Assembly (NCBI GenBank): GCA_003614675.1
Contig: ML002267.1
Coordinates: forward strand, 1-53,334
Reading direction: 5' to 3'
DNA length: 53,334 nt
Origin: Dimargaris cristalligena
Taxonomy: Eukaryota
Below are positions 9,813-22,847 of the stretch, piece after piece (position 1 is the first letter of the stretch; the number at the start of each line of letters is the position of its first letter). The translations under genes were made by a program, and so were the position numbers. A model generated the notes under the pieces. That model was not told the DNA's origin, searched no databases, and was given only the letters and a program-made list of their open reading frames with translations.

Positions 9813-11972
9813 ATGAACGCAAGTCAACATAAGTTTGTCATTCCAGCCGATCGGCAACGGACCCCTTATGGCGCCAGGTCTGTCGAACAGTCGGAAGCGA
9901 CTAGCATTCATACTTCTTCCGTAACGCCCGCCCGAGTGGGCCCAGCCACCCCCACCCGGCCACTGCCACAACCACAGACCCAATATTATTCCCGGTCGCG
10001 ACCGGGGTCAGCGTCTCGGTTGGGCACCCGGCCCTCCCCCATTTCTACGATCACGCCTACCCTGGTTACCACCGCCCCCCATACTACCCCGGCCGCCACC
10101 GCTCGCCCATTCCATTCGGCTTCCCCGTTTCGATTTGTTCTACCGAAGAAAGCTACTAGTACCCCAACCCGATCCGGCGGCCCCTCTGTGACGACTACAA
10201 CCCCCCGGTCGCGCATTTCAAACGAGACGTCAAGGCCGTCGCTACCGTCGGACCTGAGTCGCCCACCAGTGGGGGGGCGGCAGCGGTACCAGCCAGGGCG
10301 AATACCACCGCCACAATTTCCCCCACTTATACCCAGCCCGTCCTTCGATATTGAAGAAGATGATGATGACCGAGGCGATGGGCTATTACTGTTTGAATCG
10401 ACCGGGCGACAGGTAACCGTGGAACCCGAACCAACCATGACAACGACATGGGCCAGGGCCGCTGCTACCATGGTCCACCAGGGGGCTGAACCCATTAGCC
10501 CAACTTGGACCCCTGTTGATCCGATGGACGAACTGCTGCGCAGGGAAGTAGCCAAGGCTGACGCACCAGGCTTGGATAATGCCGATGAATGCCCCGGCCC
10601 TAGTCGAGGTATTGAGGATACCCGTGGTGGAAGTAGCTGTGAAGATGATGGCTGGGACGATTTACCCCGCATCGACTGGTCGGATTCACCCCCACTTCAA
10701 TATGCCAATGATGAAAATGGAGATGAACCGCCCTGTCTAACTACCCCAGCCCCTGTCAACGAAACGCCTGGAACTCCGTCCTTAGAACAGGCAGAACCAG
10801 CATTGCTACCGATAACAATACCAACGGCTTCGACCTCTGGCACTCCTACGGCCCCGCATCACCACGAATGGGGTATAGATGTTACTCCAAGTATGGGCAC
10901 TATTGCATCGTCGGTATCCAACCAACACCAGCCAAATTACCCCTTCCCAGCTTCGCCATCACCGATACCGCAAATGGACTCGATGGAGGCTTCTCCTCTC
11001 GGCCACACTGATATTACCAACAACGGTGCCATGGAACACTACACTACACCACCACCACTACTCATAGCCCGCGCTGAGTCTTTTGAATTTGATATTATCC
11101 CACCGCCAACCCTAAATAATCCTGACCAAGACTCGGTAACTATTGGGGCGTGGCAGGGGGGTATATTCCATCTACCCACCAATGCCCATCTGCACGAAGC
11201 TTCCTCACAGTGGAGCGCCGGGGGCTTTCCGGTAAGTGGCTTGGCCCAATTTCGATCGACCGCGACTCATCCCCCCGAACACCTGCCGAGTCATACATTT
11301 CAACATTCTACTGTCCCGATGACGACCCCGGCCTCCCGGACACCAACTCCGCATCTGAACGGTCACCATGCTACCACCGAAACTCCAACAGCTCCCCTTA
11401 GTCGTAAACGGCCCTCGCGCAAATTGAAAACTAAACCCGGTGGCTATCTAGCACGGTTTCGCCAACTAGTCCAAGTGGAAAGATCCGAGCATGTACTATG
11501 GCACCATGCGATTCACTCCCAGTTTTCGGACGCCCGCTTCTCTTCGGCCCACCGCGTTCTACAATCCAGCATCCAGACGGCCGCCACACTCAAGGTGGTC
11601 CCCCTGACTCTAGTTGACTGGGGAAGCAGTTGGGTTGCCACCCATGTCCACTGGCCTGAGCCAACCGAGGCGCTCCGAGTATGTCCCGAATTATGCAGGG
11701 ATGGGTTACGTACGGCTGTACCCACCTGTGACCCTGGAATGGCCTCCCCCCAGCTGAACCCATCGGTGCGGATTGTGTTTTACGCCAACTTTATTCCGTC
11801 CACGACCCCCCGAAATTTGACCCAAGCCAAGCTGGATCGGGCGGTCAAGGAACGTCTTCCGGTGACCTTGTATAGCCCGTGGTCGGTCGTGGAGTGCGGT
11901 GGAGGGACAACCGGTGGCACACAACCACCGGATGTGTTTATCCTTGTCAGCAAATTCACCTTCGACTACTAG
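9813..11972 (+). CDS. 719-aa protein: disordered Pro/Thr/Ser-rich N-terminus and a C-terminal domain resembling SPIDR DUF4502
   Basis: Single long ORF. The C-terminal motifs PGGYLARFRQLVQVERSEHVLWHH, VRIVF and LYSPW resemble my recollection of SPIDR (GGLAERL...RERSAISLWRH, KVLF, IFPPW). The ORF is secure; the family call is from memory. Confidence 0.7.
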   Translation: MNASQHKFVIPADRQRTPYGARSVEQSEATSIHTSSVTPARVGPATPTRPLPQPQTQYYSRSRPGSASRLGTRPSPISTITPTLVTTAPHTTPAATARPFHSASPFRFVLPKKATSTPTRSGGPSVTTTTPRSRISNETSRPSLPSDLSRPPVGGRQRYQPGRIPPPQFPPLIPSPSFDIEEDDDDRGDGLLLFESTGRQVTVEPEPTMTTTWARAAATMVHQGAEPISPTWTPVDPMDELLRREVAKADAPGLDNADECPGPSRGIEDTRGGSSCEDDGWDDLPRIDWSDSPPLQYANDENGDEPPCLTTPAPVNETPGTPSLEQAEPALLPITIPTASTSGTPTAPHHHEWGIDVTPSMGTIASSVSNQHQPNYPFPASPSPIPQMDSMEASPLGHTDITNNGAMEHYTTPPPLLIARAESFEFDIIPPPTLNNPDQDSVTIGAWQGGIFHLPTNAHLHEASSQWSAGGFPVSGLAQFRSTATHPPEHLPSHTFQHSTVPMTTPASRTPTPHLNGHHATTETPTAPLSRKRPSRKLKTKPGGYLARFRQLVQVERSEHVLWHHAIHSQFSDARFSSAHRVLQSSIQTAATLKVVPLTLVDWGSSWVATHVHWPEPTEALRVCPELCRDGLRTAVPTCDPGMASPQLNPSVRIVFYANFIPSTTPRNLTQAKLDRAVKERLPVTLYSPWSVVECGGGTTGGTQPPDVFILVSKFTFDY

Positions 11973-14869
11973 TAGGCTTGGTGATAGGGATGCTGGTTGG
12001 ATGGTATCCATACCAACGTTTCATTATAAAATCTGTATATTTTTTATCAAACATGTACCATTATGAAGGTCACTTGGTTTTTTTCTTTTGTTCTGGTCCT
12101 GTATTATCTGCACCGACGGCTAAACTGGATCATTATTTTTTACAGTATGTACAACAATATTTAATATAGTGAAACTGGGTAAAATATTTTTGGGTCACCA
12201 ATTTTGGGGTAGAACTGTCGGTGTTCCTGGGTGTGATTTGGACAAATGGATGTCCGAAAAGTATAATATTCTGTTAAGGCGTATCCGAATGTTAGAAATG
12301 CTCGCAGGTATACGTTCTTAATTGTTTATATTTATTTGGCCAGTGGTATGCTGACGAACGACCTATACTAGTCATTTCCTATAGCTTCGCCCTTAGGTCT
12401 ATTCAGGTGGGCCTAGTCCTTAAAGATGGTCATATGGGCCATGCCAACGAATTGTACCTGGTGCATCCTGCGATATCCCGTCGGCCCTTACCTATAATGC
12501 AATCCCCCATCCGACGACCTACCTACCCTGCATGTTTCAGAAATATGCAGGAGTAAGCCAGTCACCCGGGGCGCCCGCATTCTGGACCCTTGACTAATGC
12601 GTCATTTTAATAACTTAACCGGTGGGGATGCACACTCGTTGGCCCTAGTTCTATGCATAGGATTAATTACCGGACCGACTGGACACGTTTTCCAATCACA
12701 TCCCCCCTCCCCCTGTACAATTAGCCGTAACTACAGTTAGACAATCAGGCCATTTAGTTGGGGCGCGGGGTTGCCTGTGTCTTATGACGACGGAGTTTAC
12801 CTGGTATGTTAATTAAATATATGGGTAGGTTGGGCCGCCGGTTGTCAGCTGCGAATTAGCTATTGTATTTATAGGTATTTAAAAATATTAAACCTTTTAA
12901 ATATATATATTGGAATGTTTCCCTTGAGCATTATTGTTTTGATTAATGGAGGCCCTTTCCAGCCCAGTGCCCCCCATCCCCGACTTACAGATAAAATGAT
13001 ATTATATTCATGGATTTGGGTTACCATTGTACTACGACTCCCTCTACTTTCAGCTTATCGGGAATTGGATGGAGAAAGGTTGGTTGAGAGTTGCGTGTGT
13101 GGGGGGGGGGAAGGTCACGTGGGTTTGTTTACTTTTGGGGCTGGGATGGGAAATTATTTGCAGGCAGATTAGGCTAATGTAAACAAACCAACGATTTCTG
13201 TTCATGAATCCGTGCACAGAGAGGGTCTTGATGATGGGAAATCCGAAGGCACGCTTCCTTGTTTATCCACGCGGCGATCTGTTCGGCGGACTTCCAGGTA
13301 CCGAATACAACCTGCCCGATGGGGCCAAAAGTCAAGCGAAGTTTGCAGGGGATTATGTGTACGTTTGATTGTTTACTACGGTGGTGGCATAAATCTAGGG
13401 ATTCATAGAACAATAGATTAACGTGAAGGTCGAAGCGGAAGGGCCCCACAAACGCGTACGCGACCCGCCTCCACCATGGGCTTCCGAGTTACCCGTCGGG
13501 TTTGGGTATATGGCCCTTATACGACACAATACTGGTTGGTGACTGTGGAGGGGAGGAACTCGAGGGCCAATGATTCTAAGTTGCTTCAATTGACTGTGAC
13601 AGTTCTCCTCCAGTAGCACGACGACCGACGGGGCCATTTAGAACAAAAGGGAACCCCACAATGAAGATTGAGAGCAGTGTTGCCGGAGGGATGTGACTAT
13701 ACTAACTGTAATATGAACAAGGGGAGAGGGAAGCATCCATGCCAGTTTCGTTATATTACCTACCTACCCACCCTTCTTGCCCTGTCTGGACCTACTTGGC
13801 CACTATGGGAGATTACACTGGCCGGTAACTAGTACACAACTCCCCCAAATAGTCATCCAGCGGGTTGCAGTCTTTTTAAACAATCAGTGTCGGGTGTTTC
13901 GGAGACTCCCCATGTACATGGATGCGCATTTGGGCCGGGGCATTCTGTGTTGTAGGCCTGACTTTAACTCTAACTCTGTCCAGCCCAAATCTCTATGGCT
14001 AACTAGCCGCGCTTCATATGCGAGCAAATTACTCCACAGTTGGGGGGGTATAGAGTGGTCCTGGACTGCATTTCCCCTTGGGCCCCCCCCCCCAATGAGT
14101 TGAGCGGGTTGAATTATAATGATGGCGAAATATTACTCTGCGCCTTACATATCGAGAGAACAAGAGATGAACACGATCCAGAACATTCAACAGGGTGCAG
14201 GCAGAGGCATGTGGTTTCAAAGGGTATTTTATGTATGGATACACATAGAGATATTGTTGACAGTTGGAGGGAGAAGTGGTGGGCCCCTGGGGTGTTCCCC
14301 TTTAGCAGCGGCAGTTGTTGCTTTGCTTTGTAAAATCACTGCGCTCGGGTCAGTGCCGCCCCTGCGTTGTTTACGCACCATGGCCGCCTGGTTCGTGTTG
14401 TCCCTGTTTGCTTTGGCCCAGAAAAGCGCCGCGTTGAAGAACCCATTCCCTTTGGTCTTGGTGAGGGTTTTAGGTTAGTTCCGCCTTTCTTTCAGCGCTC
14501 TTTTTCCCCTGTTCCGTAGTTTATTCGAGTCTATTGCGAATTAGCGAAGTGTTTGACCGTCCGTTACCACATAAGCCCCGCGACTTGAGAGTGGGCGTTA
14601 TATATTTTTGCTTTCTTCGTTGTACTTGGGGTAGTACGACTCACGAGCACTGAACCTCCGACCACACTCTCCTCCGTTTGACCGACTCCATTTCGTTGAC
14701 TCGTGAGCGACTCCGGCTATTATTACACCCGCCCAAAGACCCGGCTATTTTTGCCTGGGCCCTGCCTATAGAGGAAGTCTCTGTTTGTATGCACTTCTCC
14801 TCCTCTTCCTTCCCAAGTCTTGTTAGGGCTTACTTGACTTGGTTACACTCAGAGCGAAGGTGATTCCTT

Positions 14870-15035
14870 CTACTCTTGTCTTCACTTCACTTCTCTCCCA
14901 CTCTCTCTTCCTTTCTTTCCCTCTTTCTCTCCTTTTCTTCTTCCCACTCTCCCTCCACACCTACCCTGCACGCGTACCTCTTCTCTCTCTCTCTCTCTCT
15001 ATATACGGGGGTCTCCACCTCTTCTTCCCTTTTCG
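14870..15035 (+). repeat. Pyrimidine-rich (CT)n tract in the kinase promoter or 5'UTR
   Basis: Long C/T-rich stretch including about (CT)9 at 14983-15000, upstream of ATG 15477. Confidence 0.6.
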
Positions 15036-15476
15036 TATTGTTGATTGCCGTGACTTGTCAAGTCCTGTTCCCAACCCCATTCCCTTTTCCTTTCTCCGAC
15101 AGCCCTTCATCCATTGCCAACCACTCGCCTCTCCTGATTCCCGAGCCTGGTCAACTAGCGCGTTCCCATCATTCGGGTCCAGTAGAAAGCTTAGCCAGTG
15201 CTTATTCGCCCACCCACCGGGGCTTTTGTTGACATCTCTGCTAGGCCCCAAACCTTCCTATTTGCCCGGGCGAACTATTCCCCTTTGTTGTGGTCCAAAG
15301 TCAGACTGTGTTCCCGGCCTCCACTACCCCTCTCCGCTGCCCCCACCTTACCCGGGCCGGCCTATTCAGGGCCTATTTATCAGCGCATATATTGTTTATT
15401 TCCTTTTCCTTTAAGCTCACCCGCGGTTTGCTCCGATAAATAGACTTCGGAGCCTCAGGGCTGACCAACATTCACC

Positions 15477-18400
15477 ATGGCGGCCGTTGCACTGGAGGAG
15501 CGTTTGCAAACGTTCTATACGTCGCTGCTCGATCGGCCCGTGGCCCACCAGCAGACCGTTGTTTCCCTGGAGACACTGCTCGATATGGGTATTGCCCTCT
15601 ACGAGGACTGCCAACACTCGAATTTAACCCACAACGAAAATGTTCCTGATTTTCTTCGGCGGTGTAAGTGACTATATTATCATTATCATTACCATTTGGA
15701 TTTAGGTTAGGGTGATACTTATTCCGATGGACCGGTTTGAGTGCCAGTAACCTTAAGCCCCGCCTCCTGCTTTGATCTGTTACCCCTGGCGGTGCAAAGC
15801 CCCTCCCCTCCCCTCCCCTCCCACTACATGGATACATAGATTCCAGCACTATACCTCGGCCGGGCTCTCGGCGTGGGCACGGGTGGTCTGAGTTTCCCAT
15901 TTCTGGGGCTCGGTAAACCCTAGTTCAACCGCGTCCGAGCGCGTATGATATATTTTGACGCCTAAGGGGTTTTGTTATTGGTGTGATTCTGGTAACCCAT
16001 GTTTTCCTTGACTGGAAACTCCGGCGCCCATCGCAATCTAATTCGCCCATTCACTCCTGTCGATGATTCCCCTCCACATATATATATCACTCGCTCACTC
16101 ATTCACTCATTTGATTTTATTTTATTTTACGTGGCCAATGTAACACACTGTTTTTACTATCTCCACCCACACACGCACACACCCGTCTTTCCATGGGCCT
16201 TTCCCCCACTTCGCAACTAAACATGCTTCGCGTTAACCACAGACTCAATGGCCATTCTCGAGATCAAAGAGTCCCGTGTGAACAAACACGATTTCACTCA
16301 TATCAAACCATTGGCGAGGGGTCAGTTCGGAAATGTAAGTGGTCGCTGTCCAATATGTCACCCTTAAATTCCTTCGTACCCGCGGTAAAATGCTTATCCG
16401 TTCGAGATCAATCGCGGGAGCATATCCAAATCGGTCCATGATAAAAATGTACGGCTTTTAACCTTGATAAATCGATTTTATTTTTATTTTCCCCTTTCTC
16501 CATCTCTTAGGTTACCATCGTCCAGAGTAAGATCAACAATCAAATCTACGCCATGAAAACCCTGGACAAGCAAAATCTATTGCGGCAGCGTGATGTAAGT
16601 ATTCCTCGATCTGACTGTTAGCATTACTTCATGCGTGGCTCGCTGGTACCTCAATTATGCGGAGATATAATTTGGCCCCACCAACCGCTGTCTAGCCCAC
16701 CCGCATCCCAATTCCCGGCCTTGTCTAACCCCCCCATGTATGATACTGCCTATTATACTACCCCTACGCAGCAATCGTTTTTCATGGAGGAGCGCGATGT
16801 TCTAGTCCAGGCCACTGGTTCGGACTGGTTTCCTTCCCTGCACGCTGCGTTCCAGGACGAGAGCAACCTATATCTGGTGATGGAATACGCCTCGGGAGGT
16901 GATCTCTTCAGCGTCCTCGACCGCAGTCAAAACGCCGTACTGGCCGAGGAAACCGCCAAGTTCTACATTGCGGAGATTGTGTTGGCCATTGCCGAGCTAC
17001 ACAAATTAGGCTACGTCCACCGCGACATCAAGCCCCAGAATATCCTTATTGACGCCAAAGGTCATATCAAATTGGCCGATTTCGGCTCGTGTATCCGCCT
17101 AAATGCCAAGGGTCTCGTCACATCGAAAGTACCCGTCGGCACCTGTGACTACATTTCCCCCGAGGTCCTCCGGGCCCGCGAAGGTAACTCCGGGTACAGC
17201 CACACCTGCGACTGGTGGTCGCTTGGTATCGTCATTTATGAGATGCTTCAGGGAGACCCGCCATTTTACAGTGAATCAGTGCCCGAGACGTACGCCAAAA
17301 TCATGACACACCAGATCAGCCTGGAGTTCGACGAGGACGACGTCAAGATTAGTCCGGAAGCCAAAAGCCTTATCCGCGGCCTCCTATGCGACCCTGCTCA
17401 GCGCCTGGGCCGGAACGGCCTGGAAGAAATTTTACAACACCCCTTTTTCGAAGGTATCGATTGGAAGGGTATCCGGCAAATCTCACCCCCATTTCTTCCT
17501 GATATCAAAACGCCCGATGACACGTCTTATTTCAGTCCCAACGATGAGGATAGTGACGACCACCCCCCACTGTCGTTTCACACGGTCAGCCGTAACACGT
17601 TCCGAGAATTCCAGGGTAAACAACTGCCTTTTATTGGGTACACCTACTCCGCAGCTCTTACCCCGCCCGCCTCGATGGTATCACTGGACTGGATCTCCAC
17701 GTCCCCTAGTTTTTGCGTCTCGACCCCGTCGTTACAGTCCCATTCGCCTTTACGCCGCGGCCGACCCCGGTCCGGTGAACCCGACCAGCCCGAACAGCTG
17801 GCCCTCTCGGCCGCCGAAATCCAACGTCTCCAGGAGAAACCGACCGAGAGCCAGGCCGCGGTGGCCAAGTGGGAAGACGAAGCCAAAAATCTGAAATTGG
17901 AGCTGGGCCAACTGGCCACGACGAATGAAGGGGAGCGGGTCGAACTAGAAACCCGGGTCCGCGAGCTGCAGGCTAAACTAACGGAAGCGGAAGCGGCCAA
18001 GGCCGTCCAGGCCAACCCCAGCCCAAGTCCGAGCCCTACACCCAGCCCCACCACCGACACCAATCCGGCGCTCGCCCAGGGCGGGTCGGCGACGGTCGCC
18101 CCCGCCACTACTCGATCCCCCATGCGATCCCAGTCCCTCACTATACCCCCACGCTTAAGTCCCCAACGGTCGATTCGGAACCACCACCAGGCAGCCAGGG
18201 AGCTGTCGAGCCTGTTGGAAACCCAGCCGACCGACAAGGTGCGGGCCCTCATCGAGGCCCTGGAGCATAAGATTCTGGCCCTGGAGAGCAAGCGGGAAAA
18301 GGACCAGACCCAAGCCCGTAACCAACTGGAGGCCATTGCCAGCCATCTCAAACGGGACCGAGTGACCGAAACCACGCTAGTTAAGTGGCTGGAAGACCTA

Positions 18401-20938
18401 CGGTCCCAGAGCCAAAATATGGAGGGTGACTTATCCACGATTAAACAAGGCCTAACCTCATTGTCCGCTATTCAGTCCGCTCTGGAAGACCAACGCCAAA
18501 CTGACGTGGCCGCTTTGGCCACCGCCGCCGCCGCGGTGGCGAGTGGTCCGACCACGCCCAACGCAAGCAATCGTTCGGACGAAGAGGAACGGGAGATCAG
18601 TGACCTGAAGGCCCGGCTCGAGCAGGAACTAGGCCAACGCCAAGAGCAGGAGCAACGCGTTTCCGACCTCCTGGCCTGGGTCCAACAGGAAGCCCGTACC
18701 CGCACGTTCATGGAAACCATGCTCACGTCGGCCCAGGTATCCCGCCAGGAAGCCGAGGACCATGTGGCGTCCCTCAAGCAACTGGTCCACGACCAGCAGC
18801 AGCTCATCGACACTGTCCGGGGCCGTCTCGCAGTGGCCGAGAAGGAGCTCGAAGTGCAAAAGACCCTCAATGCTGAGCTCCGACTCACCCACGAACAGCA
18901 ATTGCAGGAGATTGACCAAACCACCAGCCGGGAACGCAAGCAGTGGGAGGCCTGGACCGAGCACCTCGAGGCGGAAATCCGCTACCTCCGTAAGGAGCTG
19001 GTGTTCAAGGAACAGAAATTGCAGGAGATTGTGAGCAAACTTCTCGACGTGGAAACGAGCAAGGCCCTCGGTAACGGTGGTCTCTCGGGTCGGGGAACTA
19101 TCCACGGCGACAGCGGCGCCCCCTCGAACGGGGGCACCGGGTTTTTCACGGAGCGGTCGGCGTCTCGTCTGGCTGGTAAACGGAGTAAAGTAACCATCCA
19201 GAACCTGCAGAAGCAGCTCGTGATGCTGGAACGGCGGTTAAGTGAGAAGGAAATGGAGAATATGCAACTGAAGCAACTGTCCCCCAATGCTTCTTTCGCT
19301 TCGATTACCTCATCCGTGCTGAGCCATGGTCATGGTAACGGTCTTAGCAATAATAATAGCAATGTTAATGTTAATGGCAATGGTGACGGTAACGGCAGCG
19401 GTAATAGTGGTGGTGGTGTTGGTCCCGTTGTCAACTTGAATAACCAGTTGACCACCGGTGGAGCGGTCCTTACCACCGGACTGGTGGGTCGAGGTAAACT
19501 CACGTCCGGTGGACTGGTGTTGGGCTCGCTGGATAACAGCTCTCATCCGCAATTGCCCACCCCCCTCACGTCCATTGACTCCATGCCACGTCCCCGAACC
19601 CCCTTGTCGCTGGAGACGTCCATAATCCACAACCGGTCCCCCTCACCGGCCCCGTCGCTGTCCGCCCCACCCGGTCCCAATCCCGCGGCTGCCGCCACGG
19701 CCTATACGGGCATCCGAACTCCCATGGTGTCTAATAACAGCAATACTAATACCACGGCCGCGTTAATCCACCGTCCGCGGTCGCAGTCGACTTTGCAGGC
19801 CGCCGAGTACCACTATCCGGCTTATCGCAAAGCGGGGGGTGGTGGAGGCCCCATGGGTGCCCGGCCGTTGGCGAATCATAGCCCGCCTGCATACCATCAT
19901 CATCAGCAGCACCAGCATCATTACCAGCAGCAACAGCAACAGCCACCACCACAATACCATCATCAGCAGCAGCAACAACAACAACCACAACTACAATTAC
20001 AATACCAGCAGCAGCCGCAACAACAAACACAACTACAGTACCAGCAGCAGCAGCAACAACAACCACAGTACCAACAGCAGCAGCAGCAGCAACAAAACCA
20101 CCAGCAACAAAGCCCACCTAGGTACGATTCTCCTCCACCTCCGCCCCCTCCTCCTCCTCCTCCACCGCCACCGCCACCACCGCCGCCGCCCCCACCACCA
20201 CCACCACCTCCTCCAGGGCCTCAATCCCAGTTGAATTTTGCCCAGCAAATTGCGGCTCACACTCGATCGAAAGTGGCCGGTCCTTATCGTGACCTATACA
20301 GCAAATTCCAACCCGCCACTACACCTCGGGCTAGCGTTGACTCCCAGCGGAACGATTATTTTAGCCCTTCTACGCAAACTAATCGAAATGTTGGTGGTGG
20401 GGGTGGAAGTGGGTCTCAACCACCACCAGCTCCCGGTAACAGTCGGCCGCAGCCTATTCCGACACCCTCCACTGGATCCCAACCCAGATTTCAACAGGTT
20501 CTAGACGAAATGTCATCCGTGTCGCGACCGGTTCTGTCTCGGCTCCGCAACAGTGGCGACGGTGGGATCCCCCGGCCCCAGGCCAACAAACCCCGTCCGC
20601 TGTCGATGGATTTCGCACTGCTTCAGGCCAAGGGTATCGGCGTGGCTAAAGCCGCGGCCGCAAACCGGTCCCCCCGCGACTCAAGTCACTTTTCGCCGAC
20701 TACAGCTTCCTCGGCGGGCGCGCTGACCAAATACGGTGGAGCGGGAACCACCCCACCCAACTCAAACCAGGGCCTGGTATCTAGTCGGATTGCGGCCTTG
20801 GGTTCGACGGTGGCCAGTTCATCGACCTCCGGCGGCGGAGGTGTCATGGGCGGGTATACCTTCCAAAAATTATTCAAACTGGGCTCCCATCTTTCCAAAA
20901 CGGTCCAGAATGGTAATAACCGATCGGGCAATTCGTAG
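15477..20938 (+). CDS. AGC Ser/Thr kinase of the DMPK/MRCK/ROCK family with coiled coils, polyQ and polyP; exons 15477-15663, 16243-16334, 16511-16594 and 16772-20938, about 1509 aa
   Basis: Three GTAAGT...AG introns join in frame. The product has LETLLDMGIALYEDC (MRCK-like N-terminal extension), LARGQFG, YAMK, EERDVL, HRDIKPQN, DFGSC, VGTCDYISPE, CDWWSLG and the hydrophobic motif QLPFIGYTY. Confidence 0.92.
19890..20215 (+). repeat. Coding polyQ/His tract followed by 28 consecutive prolines (20132-20215)
   Basis: CAG/CAA runs then mixed CCN codons, seen directly. Confidence 0.95.
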
Positions 20939-22847
20939 AGAGCCCCGCCGACATTTAAAACAAACATGGCCGCGGGTGATTTTGTTACCACCACTCTATT
21001 GTTTCATCCACTCTTTTATCACTATCACTATCCTTACCCTGCCTTACCTTTAGGTTCCTTCCTCTTACCTCTTCACCTAATCCAGTATTGATATCGACTC
21101 AATTACATGTTCATGTTTAATTATTTTATAGGTTGCCTGGGCTACTGCCCCTCTATATCCCTCCTCTCCCCCCTTTTTTATATTTGGAATAATACATTTA
21201 CTGTGGCAATAATTCGAAGTCGATTCGAGATTGTTTATCCTTGTTTTAATAACCTTTTTTTTATCAGTTTCTTTTTTTCTTAATACAAATCATCGACTTC
21301 GTTTTTATTATTTTAGAGAGTTTATCATCCCCCCTACTTGGCTAGCTCCTAATAGAATATGGCTTGTCCTTGCCGGGGGAATGTTTACCCCCCCAGTTTC
21401 CGCATCTTCCATCAGCTTTGGTTTTTCTTCTATTACTTTAATATTGGTACCTAAGTACTAATCGGCTTGCCCGCTTTGTTTTTACCATATTATTTTTTTA
21501 TCTCCTTCGTCGTTTCTTAGTTCTTGGTTTGGTTGTTTATTTGACGATTGGTTGATTACACAATTATTGTTTTTCCTGTTTTATTTACCAATACACATCC
21601 ACGCTTATTTCTTTATAAATTATAATCGACTTACCGAATTTCCGACTAAGAGACCCCCCTCAGTTACAATAGCGGATTATTACCAATTACCCTTCTTCCT
21701 TACATCTATCACACTTTTATATCTGAAAACCAAGGACTGAACAACTTAATTTCACCAATTGTCACCCATAATCGTCAAGTCGCCCCTCTCCTTGCCACTT
21801 TCTTTATGTCTTGTCTTATTAAACTGAATTGTGTTTCGTAGTTGGGCAACTTTTCCCGAGTAATAGTTCAAACTGTGGTAATTCTATAATAACCCTTGCG
21901 ACTTAATAACAACTTGGTATAAAAAAGGGAATAGTTTTTTATGAATATGATAAAGTTTACTATGGTCTGCCATGGTAAGTTCGGACTACTATCTGTGACG
22001 GCCAACTGTAGAATCGCTCCGATTGCCAATACTAGTGTTAACAAAAACCAAGAAAGTGGGTTATGCATCCAGTATTAATGCAGGAGGTATGTCCCTGGGT
22101 TTTTAATTAACGGTTGCTTATTTGGTTTAGGGGCATTCTTTTTACAAGGTAATACTATACCGAATCCGATGGAGCAACACGTTGGGGAAATACATTGACA
22201 TAAGTCACCGACCTTTGCACTCATATAGTATTAGCCCTGCACATTGTCAAGATACTAATGTACTTTTACATAATGTCTACAGTTGATTTGGTCTTCTAGT
22301 CTACAGCAATAAACTATATGGGGGTTTTTATAGGGCGAGTAGCATCAAGGGGAAGGGTGAGGGATATTGGTGAAGTTAGGCCGATGAGTTTATCAGCCTC
22401 GGGGTCACTATTGGTTAACAAATTCAAGGCTCAATAGTTTCTCCATAAAAGATAATACTCTGGCACGAATCTGCCGATTGGTAGAGTTGAATTCGGACGC
22501 TAAAATACGGACCATAAAACAATGCCATATTCTACCTTTCGGATGAGATTCATACTATAGTGAAGAGGTACGCAAAAAATAAGATCTCCGAGGCCAAAAT
22601 ATACGGCAAACCAATGATAGAAAGGTATGCTTACTGGACTTTACTATAAAAAAACACACACACGCACTTTAATCGGGATTACATCTGGTATATGAGTGAG
22701 AGCGACAGGGCGGAGTGGAATTGAAGGGGGTGGGACGGCATCAATGATAGAAAAAAAATTAAACTAAGTGAACTTGCCATAGGCTTATAGAATGGTAGAA
22801 ACTAACGAGGAAGGATGGGGTGTGAGGGTAAGTATGAGGGTTACATC

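Noticed and set aside
14839-15443. 191-aa and 118-aa ORFs upstream of the kinase
   Set aside because: By-products of the stop-poor pyrimidine-rich leader.
16631-16771. ORF-track start of the kinase (MRGSLVPQ...)
   Set aside because: Lies inside intron 3. The true N-terminus with the Gly loop and catalytic Lys comes from the upstream exons.
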